A stretch of 64,000 bases of DNA from an uncultured Desulfatibacillum sp. (GTDB lineage: Bacteria > Desulfobacterota > Desulfobacteria > Desulfobacterales > SpSt-501). The translations under genes were made by a program, and so were the position numbers. How positions within the stretch are numbered: the first letter of the stretch is position 1; each line of letters opens with the position of its first letter. A model generated the notes under the pieces. That model did not search any database. It was not told the DNA's origin and worked only from the letters and a program-made list of their open reading frames with translations. The stretch is from positions 1,352-65,351 of the forward strand of contig CAZNKG010000004.1 in assembly GCA_964573635.1 (NCBI GenBank), written 5' to 3'. This document shows, one piece after another, positions 9,594 to 18,089 of the stretch.

Positions 9594-10286
9594 ATGCTGA
9601 CCGTCACGAACCTGAAAAAAAGCTTCGTCGCCCACATCCTGGGGGGCAAGGTGATCCCCGGCTTCGAGGGGGTCTCCTTCCACGTTCCGGCCGGCCGGGC
9701 GCTGCGCCTCGCCGGCCCCAGCGGGGCGGGCAAAAGCTCGGTCCTCAAGTGCATCTACCGCACCTACCGCGCCGACGCGGGATCGATCGCCTATGACTCG
9801 GCGGCCCTCGGGCCGGTCGACCTCGCCGCGCTCGGCGAGACCGGGGTCCTCGCCCTGCGGCGCAACGAGATCGGCGCCGTGACGCAGTTTCTCCAGGTGC
9901 TCCCGCGGGTCCCGGCCGTCGACGTCGTCGCCGAGCCGCTCCTCGCCTCCGGGGTGCCCCGCGAGGAGGCGCGCGAAGCCGCCGAAAGGCTGCTCGCGCG
10001 CCTGCGGATCGGGCGCGCGCTTTTCGACGCCTACCCCTGCACCTTCAGCGGCGGCGAAAAGCAGCGGGTGAACCTCGCGCGCTCCGTGATCCGGCCGGTG
10101 CGCCTGCTGCTCCTCGACGAGCCGACCGCCTCCCTCGACCCCGAGTCGATGCGGATCGTGCGGGAGATCCTGACCGAAATGAAAGCCGCGGGCACGACGA
10201 TGATCGCCGTCTTTCACGACCGCTCCGTCATGGACGACCTGATGGACGCCGTCTACCGGATGCCGGAAACCGGGAGGTTCGCATGA
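9594..10286 (+). CDS. phnL: C-P lyase-associated ATPase PhnL
   Basis: MLTVTNLKKSF..., Walker A GPSGAGKSS, FSGGEKQR, LLLDEPT. The start was chosen by comparison with the N-terminal length of E. coli PhnL. Confidence 0.88.
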   Translation: MLTVTNLKKSFVAHILGGKVIPGFEGVSFHVPAGRALRLAGPSGAGKSSVLKCIYRTYRADAGSIAYDSAALGPVDLAALGETGVLALRRNEIGAVTQFLQVLPRVPAVDVVAEPLLASGVPREEAREAAERLLARLRIGRALFDAYPCTFSGGEKQRVNLARSVIRPVRLLLLDEPTASLDPESMRIVREILTEMKAAGTTMIAVFHDRSVMDDLMDAVYRMPETGRFA

Positions 10287-11467
10287 CCGATGCAACCGCG
10301 ACGCCGCGGGGGCTCATCATCCGCAACGCACGCGTGGTGACCCCCGAGGCGCTTCTGCCGGAGGGGGCCGTGGTGGTGGAGGACGGCCGCATCGCCGCCG
10401 TCGGGGAGCCCCCCGGGCGTGCGGTCGGATTCGACGAGGTCGACGCCCGCGGCCGGCTGCTCCTGCCCGGCTTCATCGACATCCACAGCGACGTCATCGA
10501 AAACGCGATCCAGCCGCGCCCCGGGGGGCGCTTCCCGGTCGAAGTGGCCCTCCAGGAGCTCGACAAGCAGCTGGTCGCCTGCGGGGTGACGACGATCTAC
10601 CACTGCCTGTGCTTCGTGAGCAGCGACGAGAACCCCCCCTTCCGCAGCCGCGAGATGACCGACTTCCTGATCCACAAAATCATGGATCTCGCCCCGGGGT
10701 TCCACGCCCGCACCCGGATCCACGCCCGCTACGAGATCACCAACGCGGAGGCCTTCGACGCCGTCGAGTCGCTGATCGAACAGGGGGCGATCCACCTCTT
10801 CTCCATCATGGACCACACGCCCGGCCAGGGGCAGTTCGCGGAGATGGATCACTTCCGGGAGTACTACGCCAAGGCGCGGGGCTTGAGCCGCGAACATGTC
10901 GACCTCCTCGTCGAGCGGCGCATCGCGGCGAGCCGCCGGATCGACTGGCGGCGGGTCGAGCGGCTGGGGGAAGTCTGCCGCGCGCGGGGGATCCGGATGG
11001 CGAGCCACGACGACGACTCCGCGGAGAAGGTCGCCGCGGTCAACCGGCTGGGGGCGAGCCTGTCGGAGTTTCCGGTCAACCTCGCGGCCGCGCAGGCCGC
11101 GCGCCGCCACGGCATGCTGATATCCCTCGGCTCGCCGAACGTGCTGCGCGGCGCATCGCTCACGGGGAACCTCTCCGGCCGCGAGGCGCTCGAAGCCGGG
11201 CTGGGGGATGTCCTGTGCTCCGACTACGCGCCCATGTCGCTGCTGCACGCCGCGCTCACCCTCGCCCGCGAGGGGATCGTCCCGCTGCCGCAGGCCGTGC
11301 GGCTGATCTCCGCCAACGCCGCGGCCGCGACCGGCACCGAGGCGGCGGTCGGCGCCATCGCGCCGGGCAAGGCCGCCGACCTCGTCCTGGTGGACGACCG
11401 CCGTCCGGTCGCCGCCGTCACCCGCACCTATGTCGCCGGCCGCGAGGTGTTCCGCAGCGGCGAGTAG
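10283..11467 (+). CDS. phnM: Amidohydrolase-family PhnM (ribose 1-methylphosphonate 5-triphosphate diphosphatase)
   Basis: ATGA overlap with the phnL stop. The motif PGFIDIHSD is amidohydrolase metal-binding type. 394 aa, in operon order. Confidence 0.9.
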   Translation: MTDATATPRGLIIRNARVVTPEALLPEGAVVVEDGRIAAVGEPPGRAVGFDEVDARGRLLLPGFIDIHSDVIENAIQPRPGGRFPVEVALQELDKQLVACGVTTIYHCLCFVSSDENPPFRSREMTDFLIHKIMDLAPGFHARTRIHARYEITNAEAFDAVESLIEQGAIHLFSIMDHTPGQGQFAEMDHFREYYAKARGLSREHVDLLVERRIAASRRIDWRRVERLGEVCRARGIRMASHDDDSAEKVAAVNRLGASLSEFPVNLAAAQAARRHGMLISLGSPNVLRGASLTGNLSGREALEAGLGDVLCSDYAPMSLLHAALTLAREGIVPLPQAVRLISANAAAATGTEAAVGAIAPGKAADLVLVDDRRPVAAVTRTYVAGREVFRSGE

Positions 11468-11487
11468 GCGACCCGGAGACGACCGCC

Positions 11488-12330
11488 ATGATGCGCCCAT
11501 CCCATTCCACGCGGACCGGCCTTCCCGCCGCCTTCACCGGCCAGGCGCTGCGGGTCGCGGCGGCGGCCGCCACCAAGGCGGGCGGGATCCAGCTCGCGCA
11601 GTTCCGCAGCGGGAAGGACCGCGGCCGGCCGCTGCCTTACGACATCAAGCTCGAAACCGACCGGCGCTGCGAAGCGGCGGTCATCGCGGCGATCCACGGC
11701 CGCTTTCCCGACCACGCGATCCTCGCCGAGGAGAGCGGCGCGCACGCCGGCACGGGCGGCTTCGTCTGGATCGTGGACCCCCTGGACGGCACCGTCAACT
11801 TCGGCAGCGGCCTGCCCTTCTTCTGCGCCTCGGTCGCCTGCTACCAGGGCGGCGCCGCAGACGGCGGGCTTCCCGGCGCGCCGGTCGCCGGCGCGGTCTA
11901 TCTGCCCTACGGCCGCGAGCTTTTCACCGCCGCCCCCGGCGAGGGCGCCCGCTTAAACGGCCGCCCGATCCGCGCGAACGGCGCCGCGGCGCTCTCCGAG
12001 GCGGTCGTCAGCGTCTCCTTCGGCAAGACGCCCGCGTCCATGCAGCGCATGGCGCGGCGGCTTGAGGGGCTCCTGCCGCGCGTGCGCAAGGCGCGCTGCC
12101 TGGGCGCGGTCGCCGCCGAACTCGCCTACATCGCGGCCGGCTACCTCGACGGGCTCGTTTATGAAGGGATCCGGATCTGGGACTTCGCCGCGGGGAAGAT
12201 CATCCTCGAGGAAGCGGGCGGGCACCTGGAGGCCCAAGAGACCGAGCCGGGCCGCTGGCGCCTTTGGGCCTGCGCCCCCGGCCTGCGGGAGGTCCTGGGC
12301 TCGGCCCTGCGGCTCGAAGCGCCTGAATGA
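11488..12330 (+). CDS. Inositol-monophosphatase-family (SuhB/CysQ-like) phosphatase, last gene of the phn operon
   Basis: IMPase motifs EESG and WIVDPLDGTVNF, plus a C-terminal WDFAAG motif. The gene starts 20 nt after phnM on the same strand. Confidence 0.85.
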   Translation: MMRPSHSTRTGLPAAFTGQALRVAAAAATKAGGIQLAQFRSGKDRGRPLPYDIKLETDRRCEAAVIAAIHGRFPDHAILAEESGAHAGTGGFVWIVDPLDGTVNFGSGLPFFCASVACYQGGAADGGLPGAPVAGAVYLPYGRELFTAAPGEGARLNGRPIRANGAAALSEAVVSVSFGKTPASMQRMARRLEGLLPRVRKARCLGAVAAELAYIAAGYLDGLVYEGIRIWDFAAGKIILEEAGGHLEAQETEPGRWRLWACAPGLREVLGSALRLEAPE

Positions 12331-12430
12331 ACCGCTTTCCGGCGCCGCCCGGCCTTTCCGCGCGCGGCATCGGCGGGCCGCCCGGCGCTCCCGAGCGGCG
12401 GTCGGCGCGGCACAAGCGCCGGCCCCGCGT

Positions 12431-13228
12431 TCAGATGTAGCGCTTGCGCACCCACGCCGAGCCGAGGTCGAGCAGGCTCACCACGACGATCAGGATCAGC
12501 AGCATGGCGGCGGTCGCCGCGTAGTTGAAGCTGCGGATCGCATCCCACAGGAGCATCCCGATCCCGCCGGCCCCGACCATGCCGACGACGGAGGCCGAGC
12601 GCACGTTGGACTCGAAGCGGTAGAGGGAGTAGGAGATCCACAGCGGGACGACCTGGGGGATGATCCCGTAGGCGATCTCCTGCAGCGGGTTCGCGCCGGT
12701 GGCGCGGATGCCCTCGACCGGCTGGGGGTCGATCGCCTCGACAGCCTCGGAGAAGAGCTTGGCCAGCGTCCCCAGGGTGTGCATGAAGAGCGCGAGCACC
12801 CCGGCGAAGGGCCCCAGCCCCACCGCGCTGATGAAGAGCATCGCGAAGATCATCTCGTTGATCGAGCGGCAGGCGTCCATCACGCGGCGCACCGGCTGGT
12901 GGACCCAGACCGGGGTCACGTTGGCCGAGGAGAGCAGGCCGAAGGGGACGGCCCCGAGGATCGCGAGCAGCGTCCCCCAGATGGCGATCTGCACCGTCAC
13001 GGCGGTCTGGTGCAGGTACTCGCGCCAGTCGTGGAAGTCGGGCGTCAGGAACCCCGCGAGGTAGGCGGCCATGTTGCCGCGGTAGGCGACCAGGTCGAGG
13101 GGCCGCATCTCGGAGCCCTGCCAGGCCCACATGAGCACGACGGCGAAGGCCATCGCGCCGAGCAGGCGCAGCAGCTTGCGGCCGAGCGGGGTTTCGGGGA
13201 TCGGGGGGAGCGCAGCCGAGGCGGTCAT
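12431..13228 (-). CDS. phnE: Phosphonate ABC transporter permease PhnE
   Basis: Polytopic membrane protein with the EAA-loop-like motif [19 protein letters not shown] and a [14 protein letters not shown] motif typical of PhnE. Confidence 0.9.
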   Translation of the reverse strand: MTASAALPPIPETPLGRKLLRLLGAMAFAVVLMWAWQGSEMRPLDLVAYRGNMAAYLAGFLTPDFHDWREYLHQTAVTVQIAIWGTLLAILGAVPFGLLSSANVTPVWVHQPVRRVMDACRSINEMIFAMLFISAVGLGPFAGVLALFMHTLGTLAKLFSEAVEAIDPQPVEGIRATGANPLQEIAYGIIPQVVPLWISYSLYRFESNVRSASVVGMVGAGGIGMLLWDAIRSFNYAATAAMLLILIVVVSLLDLGSAWVRKRYI

Positions 13229-13251
13229 GATCAGCCTTCGCCCTCGCCGGA

Positions 13252-13288
13252 CCCGCCCGGGGGCCGCCCGGCGGCGGCCCCGGGCGGG
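13252..13288 (-). other. GC-rich intercistronic stem-loop between phnD and phnE
   Basis: CCCGCCCGGGGGCCGCC / loop CGGC / GGCGGCCCCGGGCGGG gives 16 bp with one bulged G. No U-tract follows. Confidence 0.6.
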
Positions 13289-13300
13289 ACGGGGTCCGGG

Positions 13301-14311
13301 CTAATTGAATTTTTCGATCAGCTTGCTGTAGGAGCGGATCTCGGAGAGCTGCTTATCGATCTCCTGGAGCTTCTGCTGCTTGTCGGCGGCGGCGAGGTTT
13401 TGGTCGCCCTCGATCTTCATCTTGTTCTTGGCGATGTCGATCTCCATGATCGGCAGCAGCTGGTGGTTGGAGGAGTCCTGGAAGGGGGCCCAGCCGGAGC
13501 TCATGCCTTTCAGCACCGCGAGCTCGCGCTCCTTCTCGGCGCCGATGCGGCCGTAGGCGAGGAAGAAGCCCTTGATGCGGCTCTTCAGCTCGCGGGGAAG
13601 GTCCTTGCGCCAGACCATCGGGTCGCTCGGGATGAGCGGGCTCTTCCAGACGGCGCGCACGTTCTTGATCATGTCCGGGTGCGCCTTGGCGAACTTGTCC
13701 CAGTTCTCGGTGTTGTTGGTCGCGAAATCGACCTGCTTGTTCGCCACCGCCATGAGGTTCGTCTCGTGGTTCGCGTTGCGCACGAGCTTGAAGTGCTTGG
13801 CCGGGTCGATGCCCCGCTGGCCCCAGATGTAATAGGTGGGGATGAGGTAGCCCGAGGTGCTGTTGGGGTCGCCGTTGCCGAACGTGAGGTTCTTGCCGTC
13901 GCGGATGATCTCGTCGATGTTCTGGTAGGGGCTGTCCTTGTGGACGACGATGAGCGACCAGTAGCCGGGGTTGCCGTTCACGTCGACCGTCTGGACGAAG
14001 ACCTCGCCGCTCGCCCGGTTGACGGCTTCGATCGCCGACTTGTTTCCGAACCAGGCGATCTGGACCTTGTTGAAGCGCATGGCCTCGATCACCCCGGCGT
14101 AGTCGGGCGCGATGAAGAGCTTGACCGGCAGGCCGAGCGCCTTTTCCATGTCGGCGCGGAAGGGCTCGAAGCCCTTCATGGCGGAGGCGGTGGACTCGGT
14201 CGGGATGATGCCGAGCGTGAGCTCCTTGAGCTCCTCCGCCGCGGCGGCGGGCGCGGCGGCGGCGAGCGCCGCGGCGATCAGGATCAACCCCACTGGCAAC
14301 CATCGTTTCAT
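13301..14311 (-). CDS. phnD: Phosphonate ABC transporter substrate-binding protein PhnD
   Basis: Signal peptide, the motif LTLGIIPTES, and AWFGNKSAIEAV. Gene order is phnC-D-E. Confidence 0.9.
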   Translation of the reverse strand: MKRWLPVGLILIAAALAAAAPAAAAEELKELTLGIIPTESTASAMKGFEPFRADMEKALGLPVKLFIAPDYAGVIEAMRFNKVQIAWFGNKSAIEAVNRASGEVFVQTVDVNGNPGYWSLIVVHKDSPYQNIDEIIRDGKNLTFGNGDPNSTSGYLIPTYYIWGQRGIDPAKHFKLVRNANHETNLMAVANKQVDFATNNTENWDKFAKAHPDMIKNVRAVWKSPLIPSDPMVWRKDLPRELKSRIKGFFLAYGRIGAEKERELAVLKGMSSGWAPFQDSSNHQLLPIMEIDIAKNKMKIEGDQNLAAADKQQKLQEIDKQLSEIRSYSKLIEKFN

Positions 14312-14398
14312 GACGTCTCCTTTCAGGTGGTGGATGAGTTCAGGGTACTCTCCGCAAGGCGTTGCGGGGCGTAAACCCGGTTTTCCAACGGCGCGGGC

Positions 14399-15244
14399 TC
14401 AGAGCCCGGCCGCGGCGGCGACCGGCCGGTCGCAGAGATCGAGCCCGAGGGGGGCCGTCCCGTCGAGGTCGAACCCGCCCGCGGTCAGACCGTAGATGCG
14501 CCGCAGGGACTCCGGGGTGAGATCGGCGCTCGGCCCGTCGTAGACCACCCGGCCGGCCTTGAGCGCGACCGATCGCGGGCAGTACTGCAGGGCGAACTGG
14601 ACCTGGTGCAGGCTGACCAGCACCGTCACCCCGTCCGTGCGGTTGAGCGCCGTCAGGCACTCCATCACGAGGCGGGCCGACTCCGGGTCGAGGGAGGCGA
14701 TCGGCTCGTCGGCCAGGATGATCCGGGCGCGCTGCTCCATGGCGCGGGCGATGGCGGCGCGCTGCTGCTGGCCGCCCGAAAGGGTGCTCGCCCGCTGCCC
14801 GGCGTACTCGCTCAGGCAGACGCGGGCGAGCGCCGCCATGGCGCGCGCTTTCTCTTCGCGGGAGAACCAGCCGAGCAGGCTGCGCAGCGTCCCCACCCGG
14901 GCGAGCATCCCGGCCATCACGTTGGTGAGGAGCGGCAGCCGGCCGACGAGGTTGAACTGCTGGAAGATGAAGCCGACCTCGGAGCGGATGGCGCGGATAT
15001 CGGCGGCGACGCGGCCGTTTTTCTGCACCTCGCGGCCGAAGACGCGGATGCCCCCCGAGTCGCGGTCGGCGGGGACAAGCCCCGAGATGTGGCGCAAAAG
15101 CGTCGACTTCCCCGAGCCCGAGGGGCCGATCAAGGCGACCATCTCCCCGGGCGCGACCCGGAGGCTCACCCGGGTGAGCGCCCGGCGCCGCCCGAAGCTT
15201 TTATTGACGGACTCGATCTCCACGGCCGGATGGTCGGCATGCAT
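14399..15244 (-). CDS. phnC: Phosphonate ABC transporter ATPase PhnC
   Basis: [37 protein letters not shown] lies 8 nt upstream of the ATG at 15244. The alternative ATG at 15277 would fall at or before the predicted transcript start. Confidence 0.9.
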   Translation of the reverse strand: MHADHPAVEIESVNKSFGRRRALTRVSLRVAPGEMVALIGPSGSGKSTLLRHISGLVPADRDSGGIRVFGREVQKNGRVAADIRAIRSEVGFIFQQFNLVGRLPLLTNVMAGMLARVGTLRSLLGWFSREEKARAMAALARVCLSEYAGQRASTLSGGQQQRAAIARAMEQRARIILADEPIASLDPESARLVMECLTALNRTDGVTVLVSLHQVQFALQYCPRSVALKAGRVVYDGPSADLTPESLRRIYGLTAGGFDLDGTAPLGLDLCDRPVAAAAGL

Positions 15245-15301
15245 GCGGCGGGCTCCTTGGGTTGGGGGTTGCTTCATCGGCCGCGATGCTAGCGGCCCCG
15301 G

Positions 15302-15328
15302 ATTAGCGTTCGATTAGGCGTCGATGCG
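15302..15328 (-). promoter_or_regulatory. Candidate Pho box plus -10 element for phnCDE
   Basis: Plus strand: ATTAG 15302, ATTAG 15313, ATGCG 15324, in 11-bp phase. Reading toward phnC these are CTAAT repeats, followed after 8 nt by TAGCAT (plus-strand coordinates 15286-15291). Confidence 0.6.
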
Positions 15329-15380
15329 TTTTCGGTGTGCCGCATCGCCGACCGGCGCCTCTTGCCCCGCCGCGGCGAAG

Positions 15381-15392
15381 CCTATATATAGG
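15381..15392 (+). promoter_or_regulatory. Perfect 12-bp AT-cored palindrome CCTATATATAGG; possible -10 element or operator for the ArsA-like gene
   Basis: It is the only TATATA-type element in the 15245-15444 intergenic region and lies 53 nt upstream of the TTG start at 15445. Confidence 0.3.
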
Positions 15393-15444
15393 AAGCCCCG
15401 CCGGCGGGCGCCCGGCCGTTGACCCCCGTTTCTGGAGCATACGC

Positions 15445-16644
15445 TTGCGGATCATCTTCTTCGCGGGAAAAGGCGGCGTCGGCAAGACCTCGGTCGCCGC
15501 CGCCACCGGCGTCGCGGCGGCCCTCTCGGGCCGGCGGACGCTCGTCCTGTCGCTCGATGTCGCCCACAGCCTGGCGGACATCTTCGACCTCGAGCGCGGG
15601 CTGCTCGACCGCAACCGGGGGCTGCCGGTGCGGGTGGCGCCCGACCTCTGGATCCAGGAGCTCGACATCCAGGAGGAGATCGGCCGCAACTGGAAGCAGA
15701 TCCACGCCTACCTCGCGGAGCTGCTGAACACCGCCGGGCTGGACGAGGTGCTGGCCGAGGAGCTCGCCGTGCTCCCCGGGATGGAGGAGATCAGCCTGCT
15801 GCTCCACATCAACCGCTACGCGCGGCGGAAAAAATTCGATGTCCTGCTGCTCGACTGCGCGCCGACCGGCGAGTCGCTGCGCTTCATCAGCATCCCGGCG
15901 ACGCTCGAGTGGTACCTGAAGAAGGTCTTCCGGCTGGAGCGCGCCCTGGTGAAGGTGGCCCGGCCGATCGCCCGGCGCCTGAGCGACCTCCCGCTGCCCG
16001 ACGACGGCTACTTCCGCGCGATCGAGGAGCTCGGCGCCCGGCTCAAGGGGGTCGACCGGCTCCTCGCCGACCCGGAGGTGACGACCGTCCGCCTGGTGGC
16101 GAACCCCGAAAAGGTGGTCTTGAAAGAGACCCAGCGCGCCTTCATGTACTTCTGCCTCTACCAGATGTGCATCGACGCGGTGATCATGAACCGCGTGCTG
16201 CCGCCGCAGGTGACCGACGCCTACTTCTCCGGCTGGCGCCGGGAGCAGGCGGCGAACCTCGAGTGGGCGCAGGCCTGCTTCCGGCCCGTGCCGGTCATGC
16301 CGGTGGACCTCTTCGGAGCGGAGATCGTCGGCTACGCCAGCCTGCGGGAGCTCGCCCGGCGCCTCTACGGACCGCGCGATCCGCTCGCGCGCTTCGTCGC
16401 CGAAGTGCCCTACCGGTTCGACAAGCAGGACGGCCGCTACGGCCTGCGGCTCAAGCTTCCGTTCGTCGTCCGGGAGGCGATCGACCTGAGCAAGATCGGC
16501 GACGAGCTGATCCTGCGCATCGGAAGCTACAAGCGGCACATCCTGCTGCCGAAGCAGGTGGCCGCGCGGCCGACGGTGAGCGCCCGGGTCGAGGCCCCCT
16601 ATCTCACCATCACCTTCAGCGGAGGGGAGCATGCCCAAGGCTAA
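15445..16644 (+). CDS. ArsA/Get3-family P-loop ATPase (single ATPase domain) with a C-terminal Hsp20/alpha-crystallin-like domain
   Basis: A TTG start with GGAG 7 nt upstream. Deviant Walker A GKGGVGKT and a DCAPTGESLRF switch motif. The C-terminal segment YGLRLKLPFVVREAIDLSKIGDELILRIGSYKRHILLP is a beta-sandwich-like Hsp20-type sequence. Confidence 0.8.
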   Translation: MRIIFFAGKGGVGKTSVAAATGVAAALSGRRTLVLSLDVAHSLADIFDLERGLLDRNRGLPVRVAPDLWIQELDIQEEIGRNWKQIHAYLAELLNTAGLDEVLAEELAVLPGMEEISLLLHINRYARRKKFDVLLLDCAPTGESLRFISIPATLEWYLKKVFRLERALVKVARPIARRLSDLPLPDDGYFRAIEELGARLKGVDRLLADPEVTTVRLVANPEKVVLKETQRAFMYFCLYQMCIDAVIMNRVLPPQVTDAYFSGWRREQAANLEWAQACFRPVPVMPVDLFGAEIVGYASLRELARRLYGPRDPLARFVAEVPYRFDKQDGRYGLRLKLPFVVREAIDLSKIGDELILRIGSYKRHILLPKQVAARPTVSARVEAPYLTITFSGGEHAQG

Positions 16645-16864
16645 ACGCGGCTGCGATCATCCGGCGGGCTGCCCGATCGGAAGCCTCTTCCAGAGCCTGG
16701 CGGCGCTTCTCGGCCCCGGCGCCGAGACCGGCGCCCATCTCAAGCGCTCGCAGCTCGAGCTGCTCAAGGCCCTGCGCGCCTGGGCGGACGGGCGGATCGG
16801 GGAGCTCGAGGGCCGGCGCCGCCCGGGGCGCGGCAAGCGCATCACCAAGATCGCCGTGGACTGA
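16631..16864 (+). CDS. Small basic hypothetical protein (77 aa), translationally coupled to the ArsA-like gene
   Basis: GGAGGGGA lies 3-4 nt upstream of the ATG. The gene overlaps the ArsA-like gene by 14 nt, and its composition is helical and non-repetitive. Confidence 0.5.
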   Translation: MPKAKRGCDHPAGCPIGSLFQSLAALLGPGAETGAHLKRSQLELLKALRAWADGRIGELEGRRRPGRGKRITKIAVD

Positions 16865-16877
16865 GGCCTCCGGGCGC

Positions 16878-16932
16878 CTCACCGAAAACGAACCCGATCC
16901 TCATCACGCGCTAACACTACCAGGAAGATAAT
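16878..16932 (+). promoter_or_regulatory. Candidate Pho box (four repeats) plus -10 element GATAAT for the 17063-22318 operon
   Basis: CTCAC 16878, CGAAC 16889, CTCAT 16900 and CTAAC 16911 are each 11 bp apart. GATAAT at 16927-16932 follows 9 nt after the extended last repeat (CTAACAC, ending 16917). The site lies at the edge of an AT-rich island (16921-16972). Confidence 0.55.
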
Positions 16933-17062
16933 GAAAATTTATGTAGGCAAAGAAATGACTTTTTTTCTCGACAGAACCCCGCGCGCCTGTTAGCTTTTCC
17001 CCGGTTTCCCCCACACTTGGACGGCAGCGTTCCAACCCCACATCAGCCATCGGAGGTGACCC

Positions 17063-17335
17063 ATGAACCTTTTTGGAAACGGACTGCGTTTCGGCGGCGC
17101 CGTGGCGATCGGCGCGGCCGCCGTGCTGCTCGCCCCCGTCGTTCTGCCGCTCGTCGCCAGCGTGCTCAAGCCGGTGGTGAAGGGCGTCATCAAGGGCGGG
17201 ATCCTGGCCGTCGAGGGGGCGAAGGCCGCGCTCGCGGAAACCAAGGAGACGATCGAGGACCTCGCGGCCGAAGCCAAGGCCGAAGTCACCGAGAGCCGCA
17301 AGGCCCCGGCCAAGGCGAAGAAGCAGGCCGCCTGA
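17063..17335 (+). CDS. Small membrane-associated protein, DUF5132-like (N-terminal hydrophobic segment, Lys/Ala/Glu-rich amphipathic tail)
   Basis: GGAGGTG lies 5 nt upstream of the ATG. Sequence: GAVAIGAAAVLLAPVVLPLVASVL followed by ETKETIEDLAAEAKAEVTESRKAPAKAKKQAA. The family name is recalled from memory. Confidence 0.7.
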   Translation: MNLFGNGLRFGGAVAIGAAAVLLAPVVLPLVASVLKPVVKGVIKGGILAVEGAKAALAETKETIEDLAAEAKAEVTESRKAPAKAKKQAA

Positions 17336-17373
17336 AGCGGACGCTTGACACCGGCGGAAAAGGGGCCCGTGAC

Positions 17374-17886
17374 GTGGAGCTGCCCGAAGCCGTCCTCTGC
17401 CACCAGAGCGCCCAGCGCCTGCGGTTCCGGGTGCCGGCCCAGCGGGGCGACACGGCCTATTTCGCCAGGGTGGTGAAGGGCCTCTCCGGCCTGCGCCGCT
17501 TCGCGCTGCTCACGGCCAACCCGACGACGGGCAGCGTGCTCTGCGCCGGGGACGACCTCGATCCATCCGCCATCGCGGCGCAGGCAAGCCGCCTGGGGCT
17601 GTTCCGCCTGCGCGAGGACTCCGAGCCCGCCCCCGCGCTGATGCACCGCATCGTCCGGCCGGTGGCCGGGATCGACCGATCGCTCGCCGTGATGACCGGC
17701 GGGAAGATCGATCTCGCCACCGCCGCATTCCTGGCCCTTCTCGCCTCCGGGGTCGTCCAGCTCCTGCGGGGGCGCCTGAGCGTCCCGCCCTGGTACACCG
17801 CCTTTTGGTACGCCTTCGGCCTCGCCACCATGGTGGTGGTCGACCGGGCGGCCCGCCGCGCCGGGGACGCCCCGGTTGCGGACTGA
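17374..17886 (+). CDS. Membrane protein with an N-terminal non-canonical HMA-like (HMA_2-type) domain and a C-terminal two-TM hairpin
   Basis: A GTG start with AAAAGGGG upstream. The sequence AQRLRFRVPAQRGDTAYFARVVKGLSGLRRFALLTANPTTGSVL parallels the N-termini of both P-type ATPases in this window. TM segments are AAFLALLASGVVQLL and YTAFWYAFGLATMVVV. Confidence 0.7.
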   Translation: MELPEAVLCHQSAQRLRFRVPAQRGDTAYFARVVKGLSGLRRFALLTANPTTGSVLCAGDDLDPSAIAAQASRLGLFRLREDSEPAPALMHRIVRPVAGIDRSLAVMTGGKIDLATAAFLALLASGVVQLLRGRLSVPPWYTAFWYAFGLATMVVVDRAARRAGDAPVAD

Positions 17887-17935
17887 GCCGCGGGCCCGCG
17901 CTCGCTTCAGCGGCGGCGCCTGCGCCCACGCGCAT

Positions 17936-17962
17936 CTAACCAAATCCTAATCGAAACCTAAC
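17936..17962 (+). promoter_or_regulatory. Three phased CTAAC-type repeats upstream of the P2-type ATPase (possible internal Pho box)
   Basis: CTAAC 17936, CTAAT 17947 and CTAAC 17958, 128 nt upstream of the GTG at 18090. No convincing -10 hexamer was seen downstream. Confidence 0.4.
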
Positions 17963-18089
17963 CTCCATCACCGACAAGTTGCGGGTTTGCTTCCGCCGCC
18001 GGCTGCGGCGCCGCCTTGCCCGCTGGCGTGGGCTTCCGGGCGGCCGCCGCGCGACACGGCTTGCGCGGCGCGGGAAAAAGGCGGGTATC

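Noticed and set aside
15277-15277. The upstream ATG at 15277 as the phnC start
   Set aside because: The -10-like TAGCAT (15286-15291, minus strand) would place the transcript start at about this position. The downstream ATG at 15244 has a consensus AAGGAG 8 nt upstream and gives an N-terminal length matching E. coli PhnC. A leaderless start at 15277 cannot be fully excluded.
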